A DNA stretch of 33,233 nucleotides, taken from a virus (taxonomy: Duplodnaviria > Caudoviricetes). Where the stretch lies: IMG/VR virus record IMGVR_UViG_3300020043_001257, positions 1 through 33,233 of that record. One strand, given 5' to 3'. Both the position numbers and the translations under genes were made by a program. Position 1 is the first letter of the stretch. Each line of letters begins with the position of its first letter. Under the pieces are notes generated by a model, which was given only the letters and a program-made list of their open reading frames with translations, was not told the DNA's origin and ran no database searches. Shown piece after piece: positions 26,189 to 33,233 of this stretch.

Positions 26189-28174
26189 CTAGTTTTTAGC
26201 TAACCCATAACGACGATGTGCGCCACCGTCAGCGTCCAATGGAATGCCCGGCATATAAGGCGGCTCCATAGTCATCTGAGCCAAGACCCAAGTCTTAGCT
26301 TCAGCTACTTCTGCATCGGGCACCACAACGATCTGCTCGTCATGCACTGTTCCCGCTACAAAGTATCTCTTTGCAGTACGCACCATCCCATCAGTCATCA
26401 CGCATCTCGCTACGCCCTGCGTGACATTGTTGGTTATTTTTCCTGCGTATATCTTAGTACGATCTGGCCCGTATGTCCACTCCATTTGATCTTTATTTGT
26501 TTTCTCGTCCTTGTAGCGCCTGATGTTGAGGTCAGGATACAACAGCTTCATGCCAGAGGGCAGCTCGATCTCGCCCTTGCGGTACGTCAAACACTTGTGC
26601 TTGTACGTCTTGCCCTTGTACAGACACTCGCCGATAAGCTGGGTGTTCAAGTCCCAGAACTCCACCACAGGCGTAGCTGTAGCCCTGTACTTGTCGATGA
26701 TGGCCTTGGCCGCGAGACAATGGATGACTAGCTCCTTGGTTGTACAGGTGTGCGGTATGGCTTGAAGCTTCTCGACGTTTACTTCCCACTCAAGAAACTT
26801 CTGCGCCGCCTGTTGGGTAACACCGAGTTTCTTCGCAAAGCCCAAGTCGTAACGCTGTGGAGGCGCCCCGAGGAACCCTGTGAGTAGCTGCGAGGCAAAC
26901 GCCGCCCAACCAAGTCCGTATCCACATCCCAAGAGCGCACTTTTCGCAGACTGCCGTAGGTCAGGGTGAGACTCCTTACTAAGTCCGGGTATGTTGAACA
27001 TCTGAGCGCCGAACGCGGCGTAAGGGTCACCACCCGACCTGAAGATGTCAAGCATGTCTGTGTAATCAGAAAGCCACGCGAGTACTCGCGGTTCAATCTG
27101 TGATAAGTCCCCGACAACGAGTTGGTGACCATCGGGAGCCATAATTGCTTTGCGTAGGAACGAGCCTCGCTTGAGGTTTTGCATGTTGATGGCCGAGCCT
27201 TTGCTTGCTGTCCAACGACCCGTCTGCGCACCATAGTACGAGAGAGGGACTGGTAAGGCGCCGCGTTTACTAATGTCGAGAAACCGCTGAGCACGGGTAC
27301 GTTCTGTGGTGGATTTAACTTTAAGACGCGCCTCACAAAGAAGGGCAACGTCTTCACGTTCACCGTTGAGCAACGCCTGAAATAGGGCATCATTCTTAGC
27401 CAGCGCAAGTGTTTCTTTCCCGGTAGTTTTACTGACTTTTGTTGGGGGAACCACACTGAGGGCTGTGAGTAGCGCCGCAAACTGTGGGTTCGACGCAAGC
27501 GCAGTTTCGTCCACGCCGAGCTTCTGTAGTAGGGCTTCACGTTTTTCCTTTTCATCTAGTATGGCGTCGGTCAGCATGTTGGGGTCAAGCTGTAGGCACG
27601 CACGGGTGTACATCTTCAGGGTCATGTCGACGAGTCTTAGCTCCTTCGATGGATAGGTAGCAACCAGCCTTGTGAATATTTCCTCGCACAGAAACACATC
27701 ATGTTTGCAGTACTCAGCGAGTTCTCTTTCGAGCGTGGCGTCCAGCTTGTGAACTCCGTTAGTTGAATGAACAGCTGTCCCTTTCTCGGGTAATCCGAAA
27801 TCTCGGGCGAGCTTGGCGAGTGAATTTCCAACTTCCACGCCACGCAAAGCTCGCGCCATTGATAACGTGTCGAAGATGAAACATGGGTGGGCGTCGTACT
27901 TCCACTCCATAATTGATACATCGAACTGTGCGTTATGGGCAAGCACTGCGGTTCGTCCCCAGTCAACCCCATCAAGGTATTCACGTAGCTCTGCGTCTCC
28001 AAACCATCGAATAGGTTCAGCACTTCCATATTCATGTACGCAGGCTCCAAAGGCTTTAAATCGTGGGTCACGTATGTACTCCTCTGTTGTCATCTTGGTT
28101 AGCGTGTAACCTTCCTTGGTATCCCAGTAAGTCTCGAAGTCGATCGTGATGATCTGTTTATATGGTGCGCTCAA
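26189..28174 (-). CDS. polA: Family A DNA polymerase with 3'-5' exonuclease
   Basis: Exo I IDFET, Exo II AHNAQFD, Exo III YCKHD; TGRW, NMQNL; motif A DLSQIEPR; motif B RQSAKSALLGCGYG; motif C VHDE. Confidence 0.93.
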   Translation of the reverse strand: MSAPYKQIITIDFETYWDTKEGYTLTKMTTEEYIRDPRFKAFGACVHEYGSAEPIRWFGDAELREYLDGVDWGRTAVLAHNAQFDVSIMEWKYDAHPCFIFDTLSMARALRGVEVGNSLAKLARDFGLPEKGTAVHSTNGVHKLDATLERELAEYCKHDVFLCEEIFTRLVATYPSKELRLVDMTLKMYTRACLQLDPNMLTDAILDEKEKREALLQKLGVDETALASNPQFAALLTALSVVPPTKVSKTTGKETLALAKNDALFQALLNGEREDVALLCEARLKVKSTTERTRAQRFLDISKRGALPVPLSYYGAQTGRWTASKGSAINMQNLKRGSFLRKAIMAPDGHQLVVGDLSQIEPRVLAWLSDYTDMLDIFRSGGDPYAAFGAQMFNIPGLSKESHPDLRQSAKSALLGCGYGLGWAAFASQLLTGFLGAPPQRYDLGFAKKLGVTQQAAQKFLEWEVNVEKLQAIPHTCTTKELVIHCLAAKAIIDKYRATATPVVEFWDLNTQLIGECLYKGKTYKHKCLTYRKGEIELPSGMKLLYPDLNIRRYKDEKTNKDQMEWTYGPDRTKIYAGKITNNVTQGVARCVMTDGMVRTAKRYFVAGTVHDEQIVVVPDAEVAEAKTWVLAQMTMEPPYMPGIPLDADGGAHRRYGLAKN

Positions 28175-28458
28175 TTAAAGTTCTCCTTGGGTGGTGCGTC
28201 GAGGAGATTTAAAAAGCCGAAAAAATCGTTTGCCGCCAACATGAGTTGCGACGCCTCCATCTCGTCACAGTTCAGGGTAACGACCCCTGCGAACGCATCT
28301 TCGGCTCGACCAATGATGACCACGCCTTGGGCTTTGCCTTCGCCGTAGCACATCACTAGTTTATGTATGAGCAGTTTGAAATGTGCCTGCTCTTCGTCTG
28401 ACATAGCGTGGACTCGGCGCTCAAGTTCCTCCTGTGTCATCATGTCTTCAAAGGCCAC
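28171..28458 (-). CDS. Hypothetical protein
   Basis: Probable GTG start at 28458 following AAGGAG. The stop overlaps the polymerase start. Confidence 0.65.
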   Translation of the reverse strand: MAFEDMMTQEELERRVHAMSDEEQAHFKLLIHKLVMCYGEGKAQGVVIIGRAEDAFAGVVTLNCDEMEASQLMLAANDFFGFLNLLDAPPKENFN

Positions 28459-28750
28459 TTCTTTTCTCCTTGAGTATTTGTTGTAGTTCATCTATGTTGC
28501 TCTCCCGTGCAATGTATGTTGTTCCACCTGCGTTATGTATGCGATCGAGTTCGCGGTCTTGCAGAGCCGTGGTTGTGCCCTTGCCTGCCTTGCACTCGAT
28601 CGCAATGAAGTGTCCGTCCATGCAGGCGATGATGTCCGGAATACCCGCCCGACCAAAGCCATTGGCTGGTGGCATGAAGTGATAGATACCTAGCGCATCG
28701 AGCATCTCACGCACGCGCTTCTTGACTTTGGATTCGGGGGTTGTGCTCAT
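28448..28750 (-). CDS. VRR-NUC family nuclease (possible Holliday junction resolvase)
   Basis: PESKVK..GIPDIIAC..G.FIAIECKAGKG.TT.LQ...L..I..AGG pattern. Confidence 0.88.
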   Translation of the reverse strand: MSTTPESKVKKRVREMLDALGIYHFMPPANGFGRAGIPDIIACMDGHFIAIECKAGKGTTTALQDRELDRIHNAGGTTYIARESNIDELQQILKEKRSGL

Positions 28751-28974
28751 TTGTCTTTTGATCCGTGCATCTCGTACAGAGTTGTCATGTAAGCGAACAG
28801 CTTCTCAAGCGGGTAGCCGTTGTGATACGCCAGCATGCACATGTAGCTCATGAGGGCAGACATACCGATGTCCACCTTCTGTTTGCCCATGGCGGTCTTG
28901 AGTATTTCTACTGCGGCTTCCACTTGCGCCCTCTTGTTGTTGAGGTCGCGTGTCTCTTGAATGTCCTTGGTCAT
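28747..28974 (-). CDS. Hypothetical protein
   Basis: AGGAG RBS; ATGA coupling with the downstream gene. Confidence 0.65.
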   Translation of the reverse strand: MTKDIQETRDLNNKRAQVEAAVEILKTAMGKQKVDIGMSALMSYMCMLAYHNGYPLEKLFAYMTTLYEMHGSKDK

Positions 28975-28975
28975 G

Positions 28976-29185
28976 TCACTTCTCCTGTGTTTCTATGAGT
29001 TTGGTTAAGTAGTGCTGTGCCTTCTTCAAGTCATCAACACCGCCCTTGTCTTTCCAACGGGACACATACTTTACTATGTTGCCTTCGAGATAGCCAAGGT
29101 TATTCGAGACGATGTAGTCCCATGGTTGGATAGCTTTACTCTTGTAGTGAGTACCCGCTACCTGCATTTGATTAGCGCTAGTCAT
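28976..29185 (-). CDS. DUF3310 family protein (T7 gp1.7-like, putative nucleotide kinase)
   Basis: GTHY....IQPWDYI......YLEGNIVKYVSRWKDKGGVDDLKKAQHYL signature. Confidence 0.85.
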   Translation of the reverse strand: MTSANQMQVAGTHYKSKAIQPWDYIVSNNLGYLEGNIVKYVSRWKDKGGVDDLKKAQHYLTKLIETQEK

Positions 29186-29402
29186 TGATTTCTCCTTGTT
29201 TACGTTTTAAAAATACAGCGTCAGCAGGGTGCTGCAAACGCTCAAGCTCTTTGTCGTAGAACTGCTTGGGCATGGGAGCCTTCTTCTCCAGCAACTCACG
29301 CAACCAATCAAGACCGCCGAGTTGTTGAAGAATCATCCACTGCTTGTCACTTAAACGTACGTATCGTACCTTTAGGGGGGCGGGGGGCTTTGGGCGTGGC
29401 AT
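29178..29402 (-). CDS. Small putative DNA-binding protein (ribbon-helix-helix-like)
   Basis: ATG 29402 follows AAGGAG. MPRPKPPAPLKVRYVRLSDKQW...LGGLDWLRELL pattern. Confidence 0.6.
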   Translation of the reverse strand: MPRPKPPAPLKVRYVRLSDKQWMILQQLGGLDWLRELLEKKAPMPKQFYDKELERLQHPADAVFLKRKQGEIND

Positions 29403-29595
29403 GTACAAGTACTCCTTCATGCTTGTTGGGTTGTCTTTCTTTGGCGCGGGTGTACACGCCGAACTGTTTGTATCCAAGATCGGCTTCCTTTTTGATCTGG
29501 TTGCTTGGGTTACGTGCGCGGAAGTACTGGTCTTGCATGAAGATACTTGGCCGTTGTACTTGCGCGAGTTCTTCCCATGGGTTGAGTGCCTTCAT
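29347..29595 (-). CDS. Hypothetical protein
   Basis: ATGA overlap with the glutaredoxin stop. The 3' end overlaps the next gene by ~56 nt. Confidence 0.55.
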   Translation of the reverse strand: MKALNPWEELAQVQRPSIFMQDQYFRARNPSNQIKKEADLGYKQFGVYTRAKERQPNKHEGVLVHATPKAPRPPKGTIRTFK

Positions 29596-29840
29596 GCTTG
29601 CACCCCCAGTTGTTTCAGCGCTGCTTGCAGTCCCGCCACACCGCCTACGCGTTGGTCGTTGATAAATATCTGTGGCATCTGACGAGCATCAGGGAACTCT
29701 TTGAGCAAGTTACCCAAGCGGTCGCCCACCTCGATGTCAACGTCAGCGTACTTCAGCCCTGCGCTATCTAGCACGAGCTTGGCTGTCACGCAGTTTGGGC
29801 AGTTAGCCTTGGTGTACATAGTGATGTGCAAGTCTTTCAT
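29592..29840 (-). CDS. Glutaredoxin
   Basis: CPNC active site and RQMPQIFINDQRVGG. GGAGG RBS before ATG 29840. Confidence 0.92.
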   Translation of the reverse strand: MKDLHITMYTKANCPNCVTAKLVLDSAGLKYADVDIEVGDRLGNLLKEFPDARQMPQIFINDQRVGGVAGLQAALKQLGVQA

Positions 29841-29841
29841 A

Positions 29842-30504
29842 TTAACCTCCAAACAATTTCTTCAAGTGATCGTATAACTCACGCGCCTGATACACAGTCA
29901 TGTTGTCGATGATGCTCTCGGGTGTGCGGTTGCGTACGAGCGAGATCAGGCGCTTGGGCGCTTCAATATCGGCATGCACAACGGCTCTGTCAGGCGCAGC
30001 TTCCAGCTTCTCGCGTAGCAACGCACCGATGCCTGTTACGCCCGCGTCTGTGCGTTTAGTGTACTTGCGCTTGGGCTTTGGTTCGGCTTTGGCTTCCAGC
30101 TTTTTAATTGCCTTAAGCGACTTGAGTGGGCGGTATTCTGTTGCGTCTGCGTAGTACAGGTCGTTGGTTACGTGAACCAGTTTGTTACGTACCATCTGCG
30201 CAATCAAACTAGATACTGACCCTGCGGCAAAGCCTTCGTGCTCAAGTGCTTTGATGATCTCCTTACGCGTAGAGCCGGGGTTGTCTCTGACGTAGTTGAA
30301 GGTTGCTCGGGATACGTTGTTTGTTACGTTGAATGCTTTGGTCATGGGAATTCCCTGAATGTTTTGAGAAGGTTGCGGTACAGAGTTGTTGATAGTAGTG
30401 TTGATAGTAGGAGAAGGTTGGGGAACTTGTTTCCCATCGTCATCGTCCCATTGTTGTAAGGTGCGGCTAAGTGCGGTTTTAAAAGCGGTTTGAATGTCAG
30501 GCAT
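29842..30504 (-). CDS. Putative winged-helix DNA-binding protein
   Basis: ATG 30504 follows GGAGG. TFNYVRDNPGSTRKEII..L.......SVSSLIAQMVRNKLV wHTH-like segment, followed by a basic KPKRKY tract. Confidence 0.6.
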   Translation of the reverse strand: MPDIQTAFKTALSRTLQQWDDDDGKQVPQPSPTINTTINNSVPQPSQNIQGIPMTKAFNVTNNVSRATFNYVRDNPGSTRKEIIKALEHEGFAAGSVSSLIAQMVRNKLVHVTNDLYYADATEYRPLKSLKAIKKLEAKAEPKPKRKYTKRTDAGVTGIGALLREKLEAAPDRAVVHADIEAPKRLISLVRNRTPESIIDNMTVYQARELYDHLKKLFGG

Positions 30505-30506
30505 TT

Positions 30507-30716
30507 TTAGTTTCCTCCAAGTAGTACCATGACGAGAACAATGACAGCGATTGCTGCAAGGGATTGAATGGTGGTGAGCATCAGGTCTGAGATGCCGTGG
30601 CTGCCCCCGAGCAGGATGTCCTGCGTCCACTCTTCTTCGGGCGTAGGTCTAGGGGGTGGGGGAGTGTAGAGAAGGCCGATCTTGACCTTCCCTGTGTCGT
30701 AGGGTATGGGTTTCAT
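30507..30716 (-). CDS. Small membrane-anchored protein
   Basis: AAGGAG RBS. PYDTGKVKIGLLY.PP N-terminus and a C-terminal hydrophobic helix. Confidence 0.7.
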   Translation of the reverse strand: MKPIPYDTGKVKIGLLYTPPPPRPTPEEEWTQDILLGGSHGISDLMLTTIQSLAAIAVIVLVMVLLGGN

Positions 30717-30736
30717 TATTTTCTCCTTGAGTGAAT

Positions 30737-30766
30737 ATTATTTGTCCAAGAGTAGACAGTTGTCAA
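30737..30766 (-). promoter_or_regulatory. Candidate sigma70 promoter with operator-like palindrome in the spacer
   Basis: On the - strand: TTGACA(30766-30761)-18 nt-AATAAT(30742-30737). The spacer contains TGTCTA-CTCT-TGGACA. Confidence 0.6.
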
Positions 30767-30855
30767 TAGGGGCGCCAGTAAATTAAATCGGCAATAAGTA
30801 TCATTATTGCTACCAAAAGTACTACTCGCTCTAGTTTCTCCCATCCAGTCATCAT
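30763..30855 (-). CDS. 30-aa membrane peptide (not in ORF track)
   Basis: MMTGWEKLERVVLLVAIMILIADLIYWRPY. GGAGAGG upstream, ATGA overlap with the preceding stop, single hydrophobic helix. Confidence 0.6.
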   Translation of the reverse strand: MMTGWEKLERVVLLVAIMILIADLIYWRPY

Positions 30856-31031
30856 TCTTCCTCTCCTTCCTCAGATGTAGGCTCGATGCCCAAGCGGTAC
30901 ATAACCTCCAGCAATAGGACATGGACGTCCTCGATGTGGTCAACCCTGTACTCGGCAGGGTTCATGAGGTAGTCCCGTAGGTCGCCCTCGATACAGCGCA
31001 GGTGTAGCGCAATGGTGTCAGATACTTTCAT
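30852..31031 (-). CDS. 59-aa acidic protein (not in ORF track)
   Basis: MKVSDTIALHLRCIEGDLRDYLMNPAEYRVDHIEDVHVLLLEVMYRLGIEPTSEEGEEE. AAGGAG RBS, ATGA overlaps at both ends. Confidence 0.7.
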   Translation of the reverse strand: MKVSDTIALHLRCIEGDLRDYLMNPAEYRVDHIEDVHVLLLEVMYRLGIEPTSEEGEEE

Positions 31032-31417
31032 TTGCTTTCTCCTTGTGTAAATTTCTTAGCGTCTTCTTCTTGTAAAAATTTCTTAGCGTCTTGCCACATG
31101 AGCCACGCGTCTTCAACGCCTGCCCACCAGTGGAAGCTGTCTTTGTTGATCGACGCATCCTTCCTGTGCTCGAGGAAGAAAAACACTTCTGTGTCCGTAG
31201 CTTGCGCTACGTTACGGCAGTACGAAGACAAGAACGCATACTCCTCGGGTGATGGCAAGAAAGGTGGATCAACAGAGGCATTCAATTCAATGAAGCCTTC
31301 TCGTATGAAGCTCTTGTCTACATAGTTGATTGGATAGCGCTCGCCATCCACCCACACATATACATCAAGCTTTGCGCTGAGGTGCTCTACTTCTTCCAAC
31401 AAATCATCTAATTTCAT
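31028..31417 (-). CDS. Hypothetical protein
   Basis: ATG 31417 follows AAGGAG; 129 aa. Confidence 0.7.
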   Translation of the reverse strand: MKLDDLLEEVEHLSAKLDVYVWVDGERYPINYVDKSFIREGFIELNASVDPPFLPSPEEYAFLSSYCRNVAQATDTEVFFFLEHRKDASINKDSFHWWAGVEDAWLMWQDAKKFLQEEDAKKFTQGESK

Positions 31418-31435
31418 TTCATTTCTCCTTGGGTT

Positions 31436-31459
31436 AAAAATGTGGGGGCAAGCCCCCAC
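31436..31459 (-). terminator. CUUG-tetraloop hairpin with U-tract (terminator or processing/stability hairpin)
   Basis: On the - strand: GTGGGGG-CTTG-CCCCCAC-ATTTTT, 6 nt after the amidotransferase stop. Confidence 0.6.
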
Positions 31460-31465
31460 TACGAA

Positions 31466-32584
31466 TCAAGTCAACAGAGCAGGCAAAGTTGGCTTGAAGA
31501 CTGCAGGCTTGCGTACATCCCATTGCAGGTAGTAGCAGATGACCTCAGCGATAGCTGTGACTGTGTGGAACGACTTGGTCGCGGCACTGATAAGACCAGA
31601 CGCATCGCCCTCCACCAGCATATCGTATATGCCTTGCTCGGCAAAGCACAAGTCATCACGATGCGAGTAGCTAAGCGCAGACGCTTGGAAGCAGTGCAGT
31701 AGCGTAGTCAGCGTGTACGCAGGCATCTGGTCAAGCCAGACCTCGATGCTGTCCACATCAGCCTCCAGCACCGCATTGGCAATCTCATCAGCTTCAGGGC
31801 GCACAAAGCCATCCTCATCAGCATCGGCATCGGGGAACTCGTAGGAGGACTCGTCGTAGTTGGCGCTGTGTGCGCTAGCCTTGCGTGGATAGATGCCAAA
31901 GCTTGCGTTGTAGTCGTACATCTCGTCGTACTCATCATCCATGTAGTTGCCGTAGCCACTCGTGTACTTGTACGACTTGAGCGCAGTCGTGCTTTTGTAG
32001 CTGGGTATAAGACGCGATGGAGTCCAAGCGTAGGTATTGCTGAACCACATATCGTCATGCTCGATGCCCTGATCGAAGTTGACATGCTGCATACGACCCT
32101 CGCCATTCATGAACACGAAGCGATTGTTGCCGATGAACTCCTCCATCATAGACACGAAGCCCTTGTCGTACACAAGGTCAGGGGCAGAGGACACAGCGCT
32201 GTGCAAGTAGTCCTTGATGAAGTGCCATGTGTCTGACTTGGACTTGTCAGCGGCATTGCCTGTATGCAGTACGCCGTTGTGCATCATGGCGATGAAGCCA
32301 GGGATCACATCATAGGGATGGCAGTTGAGCATATCGGTCTTGCCGTGTGTAGTCCAGCGGAAGTGAATGGCAATCTCACGATCGTCTTGCGGTAGGCGCT
32401 GAATGAATGCAGTAGCATCGCCAAGATTCTTGGGTAAGGTCTTGGTGACCTTGAGTCCCTTGGCAGAGCCATACATAAAGCCAATGCCGTCAGGATTGGA
32501 TGTGAAGATGTCGCTCAGTAGCCCGTGTGTATCGAGCAGAGTTGAACGAACTTTGGAAGACTTGCCAGTAATAATGAGACACAT
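31466..32584 (-). CDS. Class II (Ntn) glutamine amidotransferase with acidic C-terminal extension
   Basis: N-terminal MC nucleophile, NPDGIG, HFRWTTHG, NCHPY, MHNG, SDT. AAGGAG RBS. Confidence 0.9.
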   Translation of the reverse strand: MCLIITGKSSKVRSTLLDTHGLLSDIFTSNPDGIGFMYGSAKGLKVTKTLPKNLGDATAFIQRLPQDDREIAIHFRWTTHGKTDMLNCHPYDVIPGFIAMMHNGVLHTGNAADKSKSDTWHFIKDYLHSAVSSAPDLVYDKGFVSMMEEFIGNNRFVFMNGEGRMQHVNFDQGIEHDDMWFSNTYAWTPSRLIPSYKSTTALKSYKYTSGYGNYMDDEYDEMYDYNASFGIYPRKASAHSANYDESSYEFPDADADEDGFVRPEADEIANAVLEADVDSIEVWLDQMPAYTLTTLLHCFQASALSYSHRDDLCFAEQGIYDMLVEGDASGLISAATKSFHTVTAIAEVICYYLQWDVRKPAVFKPTLPALLT

Positions 32585-32601
32585 AATAAACTCCTTGAGA
32601 T

Positions 32602-32625
32602 AAAAGAATGGGGAACAAGTTCCCC
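32602..32625 (-). terminator. CUUG-tetraloop hairpin with U-rich tail
   Basis: On the - strand: GGGGAA-CTTG-TTCCCC-ATTCTTTT, between the amidoligase and amidotransferase genes. Confidence 0.5.
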
Positions 32626-32646
32626 GATGGTTGTTGTTGTTGATTG

Positions 32647-33231
32647 TTAAGCCGTTGCTGTGTATGAACAGTCAGCAAGGATGCCAGCGTATGACTCGCC
32701 TTGTAACACCCACTGGTCAGCTACACGCTGATACACCACATCACCGCTACTGATGCGGTCTAGCGAGTAGCCGTACGGGAAGTACAAATACTCAGCGCCT
32801 GCATAGGTTGCGAACCTGTAGGTCAGGTGGTTGCGCCCCGCCCACTGCCGTAGCGTGGCGTGATCCGTGTCGTAGGGTATGTCGAACGGATAGTGATGGT
32901 CATGTCGCTGAGTCATAGCATCGGGAGTCCATGGTGCAGGAGGCACAGCATCAGTACAAGTCACCTCGGCTGGCGCTATGACAGTCGGCACAGATGTATG
33001 TACATTGCGCACGCCGTACCACTTGACGAGCGCAGGATACTGACCAGCCACAGACTTGAGCCACTTGATGAACGATGCACCATTGAGATCACGCCACGAT
33101 GCGACACGGCAGAACATGACAGACGCATGAGTGAACTCGATCTGTGCAAGCAGTCGTTCCTTCTTGAGTGACGCACGGAAGATGCGCAACTCGACAGTGT
33201 TGTACTTGCCGTTGTAGTTGTTGTACATGGT
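32647..33231 (-). CDS. Putative amidoligase (COOH-NH2 ligase fold), C-terminal part; 5'-truncated by window edge
   Basis: NTVELRIFRASLKKERLLAQIEF matches the C-terminal T(V/I)E(F/L)R motif of phage amidoligases. Adjacent to a class II amidotransferase. Confidence 0.7.
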   Translation of the reverse strand, partial: TMYNNYNGKYNTVELRIFRASLKKERLLAQIEFTHASVMFCRVASWRDLNGASFIKWLKSVAGQYPALVKWYGVRNVHTSVPTVIAPAEVTCTDAVPPAPWTPDAMTQRHDHHYPFDIPYDTDHATLRQWAGRNHLTYRFATYAGAEYLYFPYGYSLDRISSGDVVYQRVADQWVLQGESYAGILADCSYTATA

Positions 33232-33233
33232 GA

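Noticed and set aside
30716-30943. 75-aa ORF from the track
   Set aside because: Better explained by two coupled small ORFs in other frames with RBSs, plus a promoter that this ORF would run through.
1-33233. Stop-codon reassignment or prophage boundaries
   Set aside because: Long genes are intact under the standard code and use TAA, TGA and TAG stops. No integrase, att site or host gene is visible.

Overview
A 33 kb piece of a tailed dsDNA bacteriophage genome with podovirus-like architecture, standard genetic code and no host genes visible. It has two convergent blocks. The + strand (1-18063) is late/virion: holin, tail tubular/nozzle-like protein, a small structural protein, three Ala/Gly/Gln-rich probable ejection (internal virion) proteins, and a 2785-aa large polyvalent protein. 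The - strand (33233-18032) is early/replication: amidoligase, class II glutamine amidotransferase, many small genes, glutaredoxin, DUF3310, VRR-NUC, family A DNA polymerase, PD-(D/E)XK nuclease, HNH, SNF2-type helicase, probable SSB, an HTH regulator and a primase-helicase. The most striking unexplained element is a ~127-nt intergenic RNA (21548-21674, - strand). It has an intact tRNA elbow (acceptor, D and T arms), a possible pseudoknot in place of the anticodon/variable arms, no CCA, and an acceptor stem extended by a loop-E/sarcin-ricin-type motif. Also notable are a repeated hydrophobic-A-x-G-G peptide motif in the ejection proteins, a TolA-like AAADK repeat, a shared operator-like palindrome in two promoters, and two CUUG-hairpin/RBS modules. 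All product calls come from motif recognition by eye; no searches were run.
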